Shown here: piece after piece, positions 30,272 to 42,425 of the stretch | Layout of the letters: each line of letters opens with the position of its first letter | Position numbering within the stretch: position 1 is the first letter of the stretch | The notes under the pieces: model-generated | What the model was told of the DNA's origin: nothing | Seen by the model: only the letters and a program-made list of their open reading frames with translations | Database searches by the model: none | Origin: Planctomycetota bacterium | GTDB lineage: Bacteria; Planctomycetota; Planctomycetia; Pirellulales; UBA1268 | Assembly: GCA_031403195.1 (NCBI GenBank) | Contig: JANNSZ010000075.1 | Coordinates: 2,791-66,790, forward strand | DNA: 64,000 nucleotides | Direction: 5' to 3' | Translations under genes and position numbers: made by a program

Positions 30272-30308
30272 CAAGACCGGCGGGGCCATGGATGGCCCGC
30301 CGGTCTTG
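30272..30308. terminator. Strong GC-rich hairpin (about 17 bp stem), related to the hairpin at 42426-42458
   Basis: CAAGACCGGCGGGGCCAT-gg-ATGGCCCGCCGGTCTTG. There is no clear U-tract. The core CGGGGCCATG.A.GGCCCGCCG is shared with the second locus. Confidence 0.4.
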
Positions 30309-30316
30309 AAGTTAGT

Positions 30317-30345
30317 TTGACAGGGTTTCCCGCGCAGGGTTCAAT
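30317..30345 (+). promoter_or_regulatory. Candidate sigma70-type promoter for the pyrophosphatase gene
   Basis: TTGACA (30317-30322), a 17-nt spacer, then TTCAAT (30340-30345), about 84 nt upstream of the GTG start. Pattern match only. Confidence 0.25.
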
Positions 30346-30428
30346 CTCGGCCTCTCGTTCATGGTTGGTGACCTGGTCGGCCGACGCGGCTTGGCCCATG
30401 TTTTCTTCACGCGGAGTTCCCCAGCATC

Positions 30429-32993
<2,565 letters not shown>

Positions 32994-33000
32994 GTAAAGG

Positions 33001-33030
33001 GCCGACGGGGCATCCATGCCCCCCGGCGGC
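33001..33030 (+). terminator. Hairpin 8 nt after the hppA stop
   Basis: GCCG-ac-GGGGCAT-cc-ATGCCCC-c-CGGC. No U-tract. Confidence 0.3.
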
Positions 33031-33148
33031 CTTGCCGGGCCTCCGCCCGGCCGGTCGCACCTCCGGGCTCCCGTTTTCGGACGTGTTGCCTGGTGGTGCA
33101 CTCGAACCGTGACGAGCCGGGCGCCCGAGCCTGCGGTACCCTTTGACC

Positions 33149-34270
33149 ATGCAGCCTGGGTTTTCATTCGCGGTTGAAGCGGCGGACGGCCGGGCGAGGG
33201 CGGGGACGCTCGTGACCCCGCATGGAAGCGTGCCCACGCCGCTGTTCATGCCCGTGGGCACGGCGGCCACAGTCAAGGGCGTGGATATCGGTCGGGTCGC
33301 CGAGACCGGGGCGCGGATGCTCCTGGCCAACACGTATCACCTCCATCTGCGGCCGGGCGAGGAGCTCGTGGAGCAGGCAGGAGGGCTCGCGCGATTTATG
33401 GGATGGGAGGGTCCTACGCTTACCGACTCCGGTGGCTTTCAGGTGTTCAGCCTGGCGCGGCAGGTGAAGGTGACCGAAGAAGGAGCGTTCTTCCGATCCC
33501 ATGTCGATGGCTCCGCCATTGCACTCACCCCTGAGGCGGCAACGGCGATCCAGGAGCGTCTCGGGGCCGACATCGCCATGCAACTAGACCATGTCGTGTC
33601 GCTGCCCAACGACCAGGCCACGGTGGCCGATGCGATGCGACGGTCGCTCCGGTGGGCCGAGCGCTGCCGAGTGGCCCACCGACGCCCCGATCAGACGCTC
33701 TTCGGGATCGTGCAGGGTGGGCTCGAGCCAGACCTACGGCAGGAGAGCGCTGAAGCTCTGGTCGCCCTCGGTTTCCCTGGCTATGCCGTTGGCGGCCTCT
33801 CCGTGGGCGAAGGGCCCGAGGCGATGCGGGCGACGCTCGAAGCGACCGTGCCGAGCCTGCCGCCAGACCGCCCTCGGTACCTCATGGGTGTGGGGCAGCC
33901 TCAAGACATCATCATGGCGGTGGGGGCCGGGATCGACATGTTCGACTGCGTGCTCCCCACCCGCTGCGGCCGTAATTCGCTCGTCTATACGTTCGCGGGG
34001 CCTCTGCGTTTGAAAAACGCCTGCCATGCCGCCGACCAAAGGCCCCTCGAGGAGGGCTGCCCCTGCGTGGCCTGCCGTCACAGCCGGAGCTATCTCCGCC
34101 ATCTCTTTCAGACGGGGGAGATGCTGGGGCCTGTGCTGGCCTCGATCCACAACCTGACCTTCTACCAAAGGCTCGTCTCACGGCTCCGAGAGGCGATCCT
34201 CGCGGGTACGTTCGTCGCGGTGGCCCGTGACCTCAGGGCCGCCTGGCCCTCCTCGGCGCCCGACGGCTGA
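33149..34270 (+). CDS. tgt: tRNA-guanine transglycosylase (queuine tRNA-ribosyltransferase)
   Basis: TPHGSVPTPLFMPVGTAATVKG, LANTYHL, TDSGGFQVFSL, zinc site CPCVACRHSRSYLRHL. Part of the conserved tgt-yajC-secDF order. Confidence 0.9.
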   Translation: MQPGFSFAVEAADGRARAGTLVTPHGSVPTPLFMPVGTAATVKGVDIGRVAETGARMLLANTYHLHLRPGEELVEQAGGLARFMGWEGPTLTDSGGFQVFSLARQVKVTEEGAFFRSHVDGSAIALTPEAATAIQERLGADIAMQLDHVVSLPNDQATVADAMRRSLRWAERCRVAHRRPDQTLFGIVQGGLEPDLRQESAEALVALGFPGYAVGGLSVGEGPEAMRATLEATVPSLPPDRPRYLMGVGQPQDIIMAVGAGIDMFDCVLPTRCGRNSLVYTFAGPLRLKNACHAADQRPLEEGCPCVACRHSRSYLRHLFQTGEMLGPVLASIHNLTFYQRLVSRLREAILAGTFVAVARDLRAAWPSSAPDG

Positions 34271-34376
34271 CCGGCGGGCGCCGCAACGCAGGCTTGTCCG
34301 CTGCTCGCAACGACCACTACATTTCGGGTTTCCCGGACCCCCGTTCCGGCCGCCCCCGGACCCGCTTTGGATTTCC

Positions 34377-34763
34377 ATGCCGAATGCCCTGGCGTTTTTT
34401 GCGAGCTTCCCACCAGTGGTCTGCCTCGCGCAGGCAGCCGATGGCAAGCAGCCTCCCGTCGTGAATCAGCAGCTTCTTCAGCTTCTGCCCCTCGTGGCCA
34501 TCGGCATCGCTGCCTACCTCATCCTGTTCCGTCCGGAGCGGGAGCGGCAACGGCGACAGCAGGCGCTTCTCACGAACATCAAGAAGAATGATCGAGTGGT
34601 GACATCCGGTGGCATCTGTGGCACGGTCGCCTCGGTCGATCGCGAGGCGGGTCGGGTCGTACTCAAGGTCGACGAATCGGCGAACGTCAAGCTCACCGTC
34701 ACGCTTGCGAGCATCGCCCAGGTCGTGCCGGCTGGTGGTGAAGGTTCCGATTCTTCACCCTAG
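34377..34763 (+). CDS. yajC: Preprotein translocase subunit YajC
   Basis: Single TM helix (LLPLVAIGIAAYLILFRPE), then KKNDRVVTSGGICGTV...VLKV. The ATG at 34377 lies inside ORF 34227..34763. Confidence 0.85.
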   Translation: MPNALAFFASFPPVVCLAQAADGKQPPVVNQQLLQLLPLVAIGIAAYLILFRPERERQRRQQALLTNIKKNDRVVTSGGICGTVASVDREAGRVVLKVDESANVKLTVTLASIAQVVPAGGEGSDSSP

Positions 34764-34828
34764 GCCCAATCACCCGGCCAACCGTTTTAAGAGTCTGTAC
34801 ACGTTTCGAGATTCCCCACGAGAACCCC

Positions 34829-37800
34829 ATGAATCTTTCGAGCATTCCCAGCCTCCTGGCTGTGGCCGCCACTGACCCCGCCGCTCTCGCCGCCGCCCCT
34901 TGGTGGCAGGCTCCGTGGGCGGGCTGGATCATCGCCCTTGCGGTTTTCGTTGTGCCAACGGTTGTGTCGCGGATGGTGGCGAAGGGTCTGCGGCTTCCGG
35001 ATATGTGGGGTCGGATTGCGGCGGTCCTTGTCACGCTGACAGCGGGCGCCACCATCTGCTGGCTGGGTTGGCCACCGAGGCTCGGCATCGATCTCAAGGG
35101 GGGCCTGATCCTCGTCTATGAGGTGGCCAGCGGCAGGCAGCGGGGCGAGCGGATCGATGATGCCATCGCCGTTGTCGAACGGATCGTGGCATCCCAGGAC
35201 GGAGCCGCAGGCTCCGTTGAGCGCACGGCGAATGGTGGGATGACCGTGCGAATCGAGTCGGCCGACGACGGAGCCCGCGAATCGCTCCTCGCTGCCATCA
35301 AAGACGCCACGTTTGACCGGGCAACCGTCAAGGAAGTCGCCAGGCGACCGACGCCTGAGGCCATGTCGGTGGACTATGTGATCACTGCCGCGCAAACGGC
35401 CGTGCCCATGGACAAGCTCGTGGCCGCCGTCAGCCGCCGCGTGAATCCGGGCGGTCAGAAGGAAGTGACCGTTCGCCAGTTTGGCCTCGACCAGATCGAA
35501 GTGATTTTGCCGGAGGTCGAGCAGTCTGAAGTGGACCAGGTCAAACGGATCATTTCGAGTGCCGGCGTGCTCGAGTTCCGGATCCTGGCGAATCCCGGTG
35601 ACCCGAGGCACCGAGCTGCAATCGCTCAGGCTGGCAAGGCCCGGGGCACCACCGTGCGGCAGAGCGGTGAGATCGTGGCACGTTGGGTGCGTCTCGATCC
35701 GAGTCGTATAGAGACGGACGACCGGATGGTGACTCGCGTGGCGCCGGATGGACTCGAGGTGCTTATCATGCTCGACAGACTCAACGTGGCCGGCAATGAC
35801 TTGAGCCGAGTGTCTGGCGACCTCGACGAAAACCTTTCACCCTGCGTGAGCTTCCTCCTCAATGCACGTGGTGCCGGGAAGTTCGGTGTCCTCACCAAGC
35901 AGAATCTGCCCGACCCTGCCAATGGCCTCCAGAGCAGGCTCGGAATCGTCCTCGACGACATTCTGCAATCGGCTCCGGTTATTCAGAGCCAGATCACGTC
36001 GAATGGTCAGATCACTGGCAGCTTCACGCAGGGTGACATCGACTTCCTCGTCGAGGTCCTCAACGCCGGCAGCCTTCCGGCAGCCCTGAAGTCTGAGCCG
36101 ATCAGCGAGCAGCGGATCAGTTCCCAGCTCGGCGACGACACGATTCGATCGGCGAGCATGGCGATGCTGTATGCCACGGTGGTGGTGCTTGTCTTCATGG
36201 CGGGCTACTACCGATTTTCCGGTGTGGTCGCGGACCTCGCCGTGCTCATGAATGTGATCCTCGTCGTGGCTTTGATGGTTTCGTTTAAGGTGGCCTTTAC
36301 GCTCGCTGGTCTCGCCGGCCTTGTGCTCTCGGTCGGGATGGCCGTTGACGCCAACGTCCTGATCTACGAACGAATGCGGGAAGAGCTCGAACGCGGTGCG
36401 ACGGTGCGCATGGCGATTCGCAACGGCTTCCAGCGGGCCTTTGCCACGATCCTTGACTCGAATCTCACGACGCTCATCACGGGCGTGGTGCTGTTCTCGA
36501 TTGGCACCGATCAACTCAAAGGCTTTGCCATCACGCTCGTGCTGGGCCTCGGCTTGAATATGTTTACCGCCGTGTTCTGTGCCCGCGTGGTGTTTGACGT
36601 GGCCGAGCGGTCGCGGTGGCTCACGCGGCTTTCAATGGGGCGAATCCTTGACAAGACCAATATCGCGTTTGTGAAGTGGGCACCGACGGCGACGGCGGCA
36701 GCAGCCGTCGTGATCCTCATCGGGGCGGCCGCTGCTGTCCGCCGCGGTAATGAGCTGTTCGACATCGACTTTACCGGCGGCACGAGTGTCCAAGTCGAGT
36801 TCAAGTCGGGCAAGGAGTTGCCTATTGCTGAAGTTCGGGACGCCGTGTCGCAGACTTTTCAGTCGGTGACCGTGAGCGCGGTCACGCTCGGCAAGGGCAC
36901 GGCTGATCGCCGGTTCAAGATCGATACGTCGGAGCAGAATCAGGCCGAGGTAGAGCGGCGGCTTCAGGCGGCGTTTCCAGGTCGGCTCGCCACGGCGAGC
37001 ATGACCTTTGGCGAGGTGGGTGCCGCCCAGCCCGCCACCACGGAGCAGGCCCCCGACGCCCTGACCACATCAGTGCGGCTCGAGTTTCCAGACAGGATCA
37101 CGAAGGCGGGGCTCGTGGCCCTTCTCCAGAAGTCGCTGACGGCCGAAGAGGCCGCAGACGCCGAGTATGCCGTTGCCAGCGAGGAGCCGGATGCGGCGAC
37201 CGAGCCTTGCAAGACATGGGACCTGCTCACCGCGCTCGATGTCGACACGACCGGCCGAGTCGTCAAGAGGATGGCGGCGACCATCGCCGATACGCCCATC
37301 TACCTCTCAGCCAACGCCATCGGCGGGAAGGTCGCAGGAAATACGCGAGTGATGGCGCTGTATGCCCTGTTGGCGAGCCTCGGGCTGATTGTGCTCTACG
37401 TGTGGATCCGGTTCCAAAATGTCGCCTTCGGCGTAGGCGCGGTCGTGGCGCTCGCCCATGACGTGCTCGTGGCCCTTGCATGCCTGGCGGTAAGCCGATT
37501 CGTGGCGCCCTTCATGGGCTGGGCGCTCGTGGACGAGTTCCGGATCAGCCTCGACGTCGTGGCGGCCTTGCTGACGATCGTGGGCTTCTCGATCAACGAC
37601 ACGATCGTGATCTTTGACCGGCTTCGTGAGATTCGCGGCAAGGCCCGATTCCTCACCCCAGAGATGGTCGATAAGGGCCTCAACCAGACCCTCAGTCGGA
37701 CGATCCTCACCTCGGGCACAGCGTTTCTGGCGGTACTCATTCTCTATGCCGTCGGTGGTCCTGGCATTCATGCCTTTGCGTTCACGATGCTGATCGGTGT

Positions 37801-37915
37801 CCTCGTTGGTACCTACAGCTCGCTCTACATCGCTGCTCCGCTGGTTCTGTTGCTCCAGTACCGTTTTGCCGGAGTGCCAACACCGGCTGCGGGTGCCGCG
37901 GCAAAGCCCGCATGA
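34829..37915 (+). CDS. secDF: Protein translocase SecDF fusion protein
   Basis: SecD-type motif (LAGLAGLVLSVGMAVDANVLIYERMREE) and SecF-type motif (IVGFSINDTIVIFDRLREIRG) in one 1028-aa ORF, with two 6-TM bundles and large periplasmic domains. Confidence 0.9.
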   Translation: MNLSSIPSLLAVAATDPAALAAAPWWQAPWAGWIIALAVFVVPTVVSRMVAKGLRLPDMWGRIAAVLVTLTAGATICWLGWPPRLGIDLKGGLILVYEVASGRQRGERIDDAIAVVERIVASQDGAAGSVERTANGGMTVRIESADDGARESLLAAIKDATFDRATVKEVARRPTPEAMSVDYVITAAQTAVPMDKLVAAVSRRVNPGGQKEVTVRQFGLDQIEVILPEVEQSEVDQVKRIISSAGVLEFRILANPGDPRHRAAIAQAGKARGTTVRQSGEIVARWVRLDPSRIETDDRMVTRVAPDGLEVLIMLDRLNVAGNDLSRVSGDLDENLSPCVSFLLNARGAGKFGVLTKQNLPDPANGLQSRLGIVLDDILQSAPVIQSQITSNGQITGSFTQGDIDFLVEVLNAGSLPAALKSEPISEQRISSQLGDDTIRSASMAMLYATVVVLVFMAGYYRFSGVVADLAVLMNVILVVALMVSFKVAFTLAGLAGLVLSVGMAVDANVLIYERMREELERGATVRMAIRNGFQRAFATILDSNLTTLITGVVLFSIGTDQLKGFAITLVLGLGLNMFTAVFCARVVFDVAERSRWLTRLSMGRILDKTNIAFVKWAPTATAAAAVVILIGAAAAVRRGNELFDIDFTGGTSVQVEFKSGKELPIAEVRDAVSQTFQSVTVSAVTLGKGTADRRFKIDTSEQNQAEVERRLQAAFPGRLATASMTFGEVGAAQPATTEQAPDALTTSVRLEFPDRITKAGLVALLQKSLTAEEAADAEYAVASEEPDAATEPCKTWDLLTALDVDTTGRVVKRMAATIADTPIYLSANAIGGKVAGNTRVMALYALLASLGLIVLYVWIRFQNVAFGVGAVVALAHDVLVALACLAVSRFVAPFMGWALVDEFRISLDVVAALLTIVGFSINDTIVIFDRLREIRGKARFLTPEMVDKGLNQTLSRTILTSGTAFLAVLILYAVGGPGIHAFAFTMLIGVLVGTYSSLYIAAPLVLLLQYRFAGVPTPAAGAAAKPA

Positions 37916-38106
37916 GCCGGTCAGGGAAACCTGCCGGGTGATGCGGCTTACGCGGGCGGTGGCTCGAGGCGCCGGTCGTCCGGCCTTGCCGCACCCTCCT
38001 GGATGCGACGACGGGGAGCCTGGCAGCGCGTCACGGGGCATGCTTGCCTTGTGGCCGAAGGACACGGTGGCCGCCATGTCCCTCTGCCCGTTTGAAAGGA
38101 TCAGCG

Positions 38107-38898
38107 ATGGACTCGTTGACGCACGTCATCAGGCTTGTTGCCGGCCTGAGCATGGTGGCGGCAGGGACAACACTGACAGCGCCGACTGGTATCTACCTAG
38201 CGACGTATCTGCGGCAGCAGGGGAAGCCAGCTGTGTCGACGCCTCTTTCTCCTGCGCCACTGCAGGTCACCGAGGCACCGGTTTGGCCACCGGTGGCAGA
38301 CATTCCACTGCCTCCGCCGGCAATGGCCAGTGGCCCGCGGCTAGCCTACGTGCCGCCGCCCACACCGCCGCAACCGCTTCCGCCGCCCCCCCCAGCGCTG
38401 GCGGCCGTGGGGCCAGACCTCGCCGCGGGATACCGCCCGACGCTTCAGGCTCCGCCACCACCACTCCTGGACGGTCAGGCTCCTCCACCGCTCGCCGTAG
38501 GCTGGACGGCCCGGCAGCCTGGGGCATTCACTGGTGGCGGATGGCCGCAGCCGCCGCAGGTCATGGCTGAGCAGCCCGGCATATACATTGTCCGGGATGG
38601 GGATGATCTGACCAGCATCGCCACCAGATTCTACGGGCATCCTGCCGCCGCCGAAGCAATCTGGCACGCCAATCGCGGCCTGCTCCGCGATCCTGGTGTG
38701 TTGCCCATCGGTGCGGCACTCGTTCTACCGCCCCGTGCGGTCGTGGCTGGACTCGGCATGCCGCCGAATCAGGCGGTCATTGAGCCAGTCACATCCGGTC
38801 AGCCGCATTTCCCACCTCATCAAGCGGGCCCCACACCACGCCCTGCGTCGTGGCTCAGCGGAGAGGGTGCTACCGGGGGCGCTCGGCTATTGCCTTGA
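38107..38898 (+). CDS. Pro-rich membrane-anchored LysM domain protein
   Basis: N-terminal TM helix, a long Pro-rich spacer, and a C-terminal LysM domain (IYIVRDGDDLTSIATRFYGHPAAAEAIWHANRGLLRDPGVLPIGAALVLP). The ATG at 38107 is preferred over 38044. Confidence 0.65.
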   Translation: MDSLTHVIRLVAGLSMVAAGTTLTAPTGIYLATYLRQQGKPAVSTPLSPAPLQVTEAPVWPPVADIPLPPPAMASGPRLAYVPPPTPPQPLPPPPPALAAVGPDLAAGYRPTLQAPPPPLLDGQAPPPLAVGWTARQPGAFTGGGWPQPPQVMAEQPGIYIVRDGDDLTSIATRFYGHPAAAEAIWHANRGLLRDPGVLPIGAALVLPPRAVVAGLGMPPNQAVIEPVTSGQPHFPPHQAGPTPRPASWLSGEGATGGARLLP

Positions 38899-39943
38899 CG
38901 AAGACGGCGACGAGTGCTGCCGGCGTGCGCTGCTGCGGCGCCGAGGCGACGAGTGCGGCCAACTGGTCGCCGCCGAGTGGGCGGCCAGTTCTGTCTCGGG
39001 CATCGACCTGCACGTAGAGCAGCGACGCCTCGCTATCTTTCGCCGGCGACGTGTTTCGTCGCTCCGTTGCATCGAACATGCGGCTGTCAAACCAGGCAGT
39101 CGGACGCGCCCTCTTGAGCTGGCCGAAGATCTTTCCCGAGTCCGAGCTGGCCGTGCCTCCCAGAATCATGATGGGGAGCTTGGTCTTGACCGGTTCGGCC
39201 GCGAGCGCTGGGCCGATCGTGAATCCCTTCGTCGCAAATGCCGGGTCGATCAGCACGAGCCCGCGAACCTGCCCCCCCTGATGGCCGCTGGCAAGAGGCG
39301 GCCAGGCGGCATCCGCCACGGTCCATGTTGCCGCGACCGCGGCGCCAAGGCCGGATCCCACGATCACCAGCTTGTCGAGATCGAGCTTTCCGGCGTCCGC
39401 TTGTCCTTTGAGCCAGTGCCGGACGGCCTCGATATCTCCGCGGATATCTGATTGCCCTCGGACGCGGCCACCCGCGGTTGCCGCCATTGCCTTGAAGTCT
39501 GGAGCCTTGAGGAGCTTCGACTGGTTTCCGTCGGCGGCTGCCTTCGCGTAGGCAGGAATGCTGCTCTCGCCGTGGCCCCGCAGATCGGGCACGAGTACGA
39601 CGCAGCCGGTCTGCTGAAGCGTCTTCGCCAGCGGCGCCAGGGCGTCGCTCGAGCTGCCGAGATCATGGACGAGAATCACCGTCGCTATGGGCGTTGTTTT
39701 TTTGCCGACGGCAAAGTACTGAACGCCCAAGCCGATGCCATCCGATGTATCCAGCCGTAACTCGGTCGGCTCAGCGAGAGGCTCCTGCTCAGTGGCGGCA
39801 GGTGCATCCTGTTTGGGGGGTTGCCCGCCGGCGGGGCTCCCCAGGAGAACCGCTGCCATCAGAGCGACTCCCAGGGGCCAGGTACGGGGCAAGCGTCGGT
39901 GAAACCACGAGGCATGAGAGGACAAATCGAGGTGCGATGACAT
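38870..39943 (-). CDS. Secreted alpha/beta-hydrolase-fold protein
   Basis: Signal peptide, VILVHDLGSS...LVPDLRGHGES, and an elbow region LVIVGSGLGAAVA. The Ser is one position off the canonical GxSxG, so catalytic competence is uncertain. Confidence 0.55.
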   Translation of the reverse strand: MSSHLDLSSHASWFHRRLPRTWPLGVALMAAVLLGSPAGGQPPKQDAPAATEQEPLAEPTELRLDTSDGIGLGVQYFAVGKKTTPIATVILVHDLGSSSDALAPLAKTLQQTGCVVLVPDLRGHGESSIPAYAKAAADGNQSKLLKAPDFKAMAATAGGRVRGQSDIRGDIEAVRHWLKGQADAGKLDLDKLVIVGSGLGAAVAATWTVADAAWPPLASGHQGGQVRGLVLIDPAFATKGFTIGPALAAEPVKTKLPIMILGGTASSDSGKIFGQLKRARPTAWFDSRMFDATERRNTSPAKDSEASLLYVQVDARDRTGRPLGGDQLAALVASAPQQRTPAALVAVFVKAIAERPR

Positions 39944-40144
39944 GGCTGGCCCGGGGGATAGGAGATCAATTTATGGCCGAGAATCGACAAACCCGACCGA
40001 TGTGCAAGGCCTGGGAATAGAATACTTCGCCAGGGCCGAACAATTCCACGGTCGTGACGGTGGATCAACACCGCTGGCTGGCGTTATCATAGGGGAGGTC
40101 GCCGGGGCAGTTCCGAGCCCTGATGACAGTTGGGAGAGGAACCC

Positions 40145-42106
40145 ATGGCCATCCTTGAGCAAGCCCGCAGCCGGTGGCAGGCATACACCGGCGAAGACGA
40201 CACACCGCTGGACGGGGACACCGCGTCCTGGGTCGTCAGCCTTGGGGTTCATGTGGCGGTGTTTTTGGGGCTCGCCGTGGCGGGGATGACAGTCGTGCCT
40301 AGCCCCCCGAAGCCGATTACCATGATTGAGACGTCGATCGAAGAGCCCGAATTCCTGCTCGACACGCCGATTGAAATAGTGGTCGTCGATGAGCAGCCGG
40401 AGGTGGGGGCGCTGAGCGACCCTGGGGTCGAAATCGCCGAATCGCTCGCCCCGATGCTGGCCGAAGAGCCGATGGCTCCCGTCATCGCCGAGGAAGTGCC
40501 CGAGGCTGATTTTCAGTTCGAGATGGCCGACGTGCTTCCCGCTGGCACCGCCCTGAGTGATAGCCTGGTGATCAAAGGCGATGTGGGGGTCGGCGAGACA
40601 GGTGCGGCTGGCGCCGTAGACCGGCTCACGATGGAGATCATCGCGTCGCTCGAACAGCGGCCGACGCTGGTGTGCTGGGTCTTTGACCAGTCGGTAAGCC
40701 TGGCAGGCCAGCGGAAGGATATCGCCGCCCGTCTCGAGAGAGTCTCCAGCGAACTGGGCGTCAGTGCGGCAGCCCAGTCCAACGAGATGTTCAATCTCGT
40801 ATTCGCCTATGGGCAGCGGGTGACCCCGGTGATCGCCCAGCCCACCCTGGAGGTTCGTGATGTCGTCGCCGCGATCAAGTCGATTCCAATTGACGAATCG
40901 GGTGTCGAGATGACCTTCACGGCCGTCGCCACGGCGGCACAGAGGGCGGCGCAGGCCCGCCTGAGCCCTTCCAAGCGAAATGTCATGATCATCGCCTTCA
41001 CCGACGAGGCCGGAGACGATCAGCAGCATGCCGATCAGGTCGCGGCCTACTGTGCCCGCGGCCAAATGCGAGTTTTTGTGGTCGGTGTGCCTGCGCCCTT
41101 CGGGCAGCAACAGGTTCGAATGAAGTTCATCGAGTTCGATCCGCGGTATGCCGACGAGGAGCAGTGGGCCGTTGTGGAGCAAGGTCCGGAGAGTCGCTAC
41201 CCCGAGGTGATCAAGGTTCGTCCGAAGGACGCTCCTGACGATGCGATCGACTCGGGCTTCGGGCCCTTCAGTCTCTCGAAGCTCTGCGCCGAAACCGGCG
41301 GCATCTACTTCGCCGTCCATCCGAATCGGTCGACCAAGGGCCGCGTGAGTGACGAAGCAACGGCGCCTATGGCGTCGGGACTGAAGTATTTCTTCGACCC
41401 GAAGATCATGCGGGACTATCGCCCCGACTACCAGAGCCAGGCTGAAATCGATCGCACGCTGGCGGCCAATCGAGCGAAGCGGGCGCTTGTGGACGCTTCT
41501 CGTGCTTCCGTTGTCAGTCCAATGGAGGGGCCCGCGATGTTCTTTCCGCGAGAAGACGACGGAAAGCTCGTAAACCTCTTAAGCGATGCACAGAAAAAGG
41601 CTGCGGTCCTCCAGCCCAAGATCGATGCCCTCCATTCCCTCCTTGCTGCGGGCCTGTCGGATCGTGGCAAGATCAAGGAGAAGCGGTGGCAGGCTGGCTT
41701 CGACCTCGCCCTGGGCCGAGTCCTCGCGCTGAAAGTGAGAACAGACGCCTACAACATCATGCTGGCTCAGGCGAAGACGGGCATGAAGTTCAAAAACCCG
41801 AAGAACGATACCTGGGTTCTCCGGCCGAGTGACGATGTGTCGAGCGTGGGCTCGCAGACCGAACGTCTCGCCAAGCAGGCCGACGAGTTCCTCCGACGGG
41901 TCGTGGCTGACCATCCAGACACGCCCTGGGCGAAGATGGCGGCTGAGGAGCTCAAAACGCCTCTCGGCTACCGGTGGGGAGAGACTTTTACGGGCGTCAA
42001 TGCGCCCCGGCAAGGCAACGGCGGGAACGGGAACCCGAATCGGGGCGATGACATGCGCCGCAACCTCGCCCCCCCCAAGCCATCGCGACCGCTCAAGAAT
42101 ATTTGA
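40145..42106 (+). CDS. Membrane-anchored von Willebrand factor A (vWA) domain protein
   Basis: ATG at 40145 preceded by GGGAGAGGA. N-terminal TM helix (WVVSLGVHVAVFLGLAVAG). The vWA core has a MIDAS-like start (LVCWVFDQSVSL) and IIAFTDEAGDD...VFVVGVPAPFG, followed by a long helical C-terminal region. Confidence 0.65.
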   Translation: MAILEQARSRWQAYTGEDDTPLDGDTASWVVSLGVHVAVFLGLAVAGMTVVPSPPKPITMIETSIEEPEFLLDTPIEIVVVDEQPEVGALSDPGVEIAESLAPMLAEEPMAPVIAEEVPEADFQFEMADVLPAGTALSDSLVIKGDVGVGETGAAGAVDRLTMEIIASLEQRPTLVCWVFDQSVSLAGQRKDIAARLERVSSELGVSAAAQSNEMFNLVFAYGQRVTPVIAQPTLEVRDVVAAIKSIPIDESGVEMTFTAVATAAQRAAQARLSPSKRNVMIIAFTDEAGDDQQHADQVAAYCARGQMRVFVVGVPAPFGQQQVRMKFIEFDPRYADEEQWAVVEQGPESRYPEVIKVRPKDAPDDAIDSGFGPFSLSKLCAETGGIYFAVHPNRSTKGRVSDEATAPMASGLKYFFDPKIMRDYRPDYQSQAEIDRTLAANRAKRALVDASRASVVSPMEGPAMFFPREDDGKLVNLLSDAQKKAAVLQPKIDALHSLLAAGLSDRGKIKEKRWQAGFDLALGRVLALKVRTDAYNIMLAQAKTGMKFKNPKNDTWVLRPSDDVSSVGSQTERLAKQADEFLRRVVADHPDTPWAKMAAEELKTPLGYRWGETFTGVNAPRQGNGGNGNPNRGDDMRRNLAPPKPSRPLKNI

Positions 42107-42123
42107 TGCGGCACCAGTGGCGC

Positions 42124-42261
42124 GGCTCGGGGTGGCCCGTGTCATGTCGCCGGACGCTCGCTGCGGCCTTCCCGGCCGTCGCTCACTCGGAGAGGAAACG
42201 GCACTTCGCCATCCCTGGCTGCGATTGTTTCCTACGCCGGCTCCAGAACACGGTCCACCCC
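42124..42261 (+). repeat. Nested-palindrome repeat element, copy 2 (more degenerate)
   Basis: It aligns end to end with 29994-30128, with the same outer arms at 42129-42153 and 42237-42261. GTCGCTCACTCG and CGCCATCC(C)TGGCT are conserved. Non-triplet indels argue against coding. Confidence 0.8.
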
Positions 42262-42425
42262 TCGCGGAGTAATCGCGAGAGCGTACGACCTGGGGCGGCA
42301 TTCGCCCGGTCGATTCGCAGCCGGGCAAGCAAGCGTAGTGGGCTCACAGCACGAATGCGTCTGTTCGGACGCCCCATTCCGCACCGCGTACGGAAAAGGG
42401 AGCCCGAAGGTGCGACCGGCCGGCC

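Noticed and set aside
30326-30350. T-loop-like strings (GGGTTCAATCTC here and GAGTTCGATTTC at about 63731-63742) that might indicate tRNA genes.
   Set aside because: No flanking acceptor, D or anticodon stems can be drawn, and no 70-90-nt cloverleaf fits. I found no tRNA in any intergenic gap.
38267-38530. A Pro-rich, repeat-like DNA stretch that might be a non-coding repeat.
   Set aside because: It lies in frame inside the LysM protein as a PPxP-type linker, and comparable Pro-rich linkers occur in the PDZ protein (about 51500-51800). It is a compositional feature of secreted proteins here, not a DNA-level repeat family.
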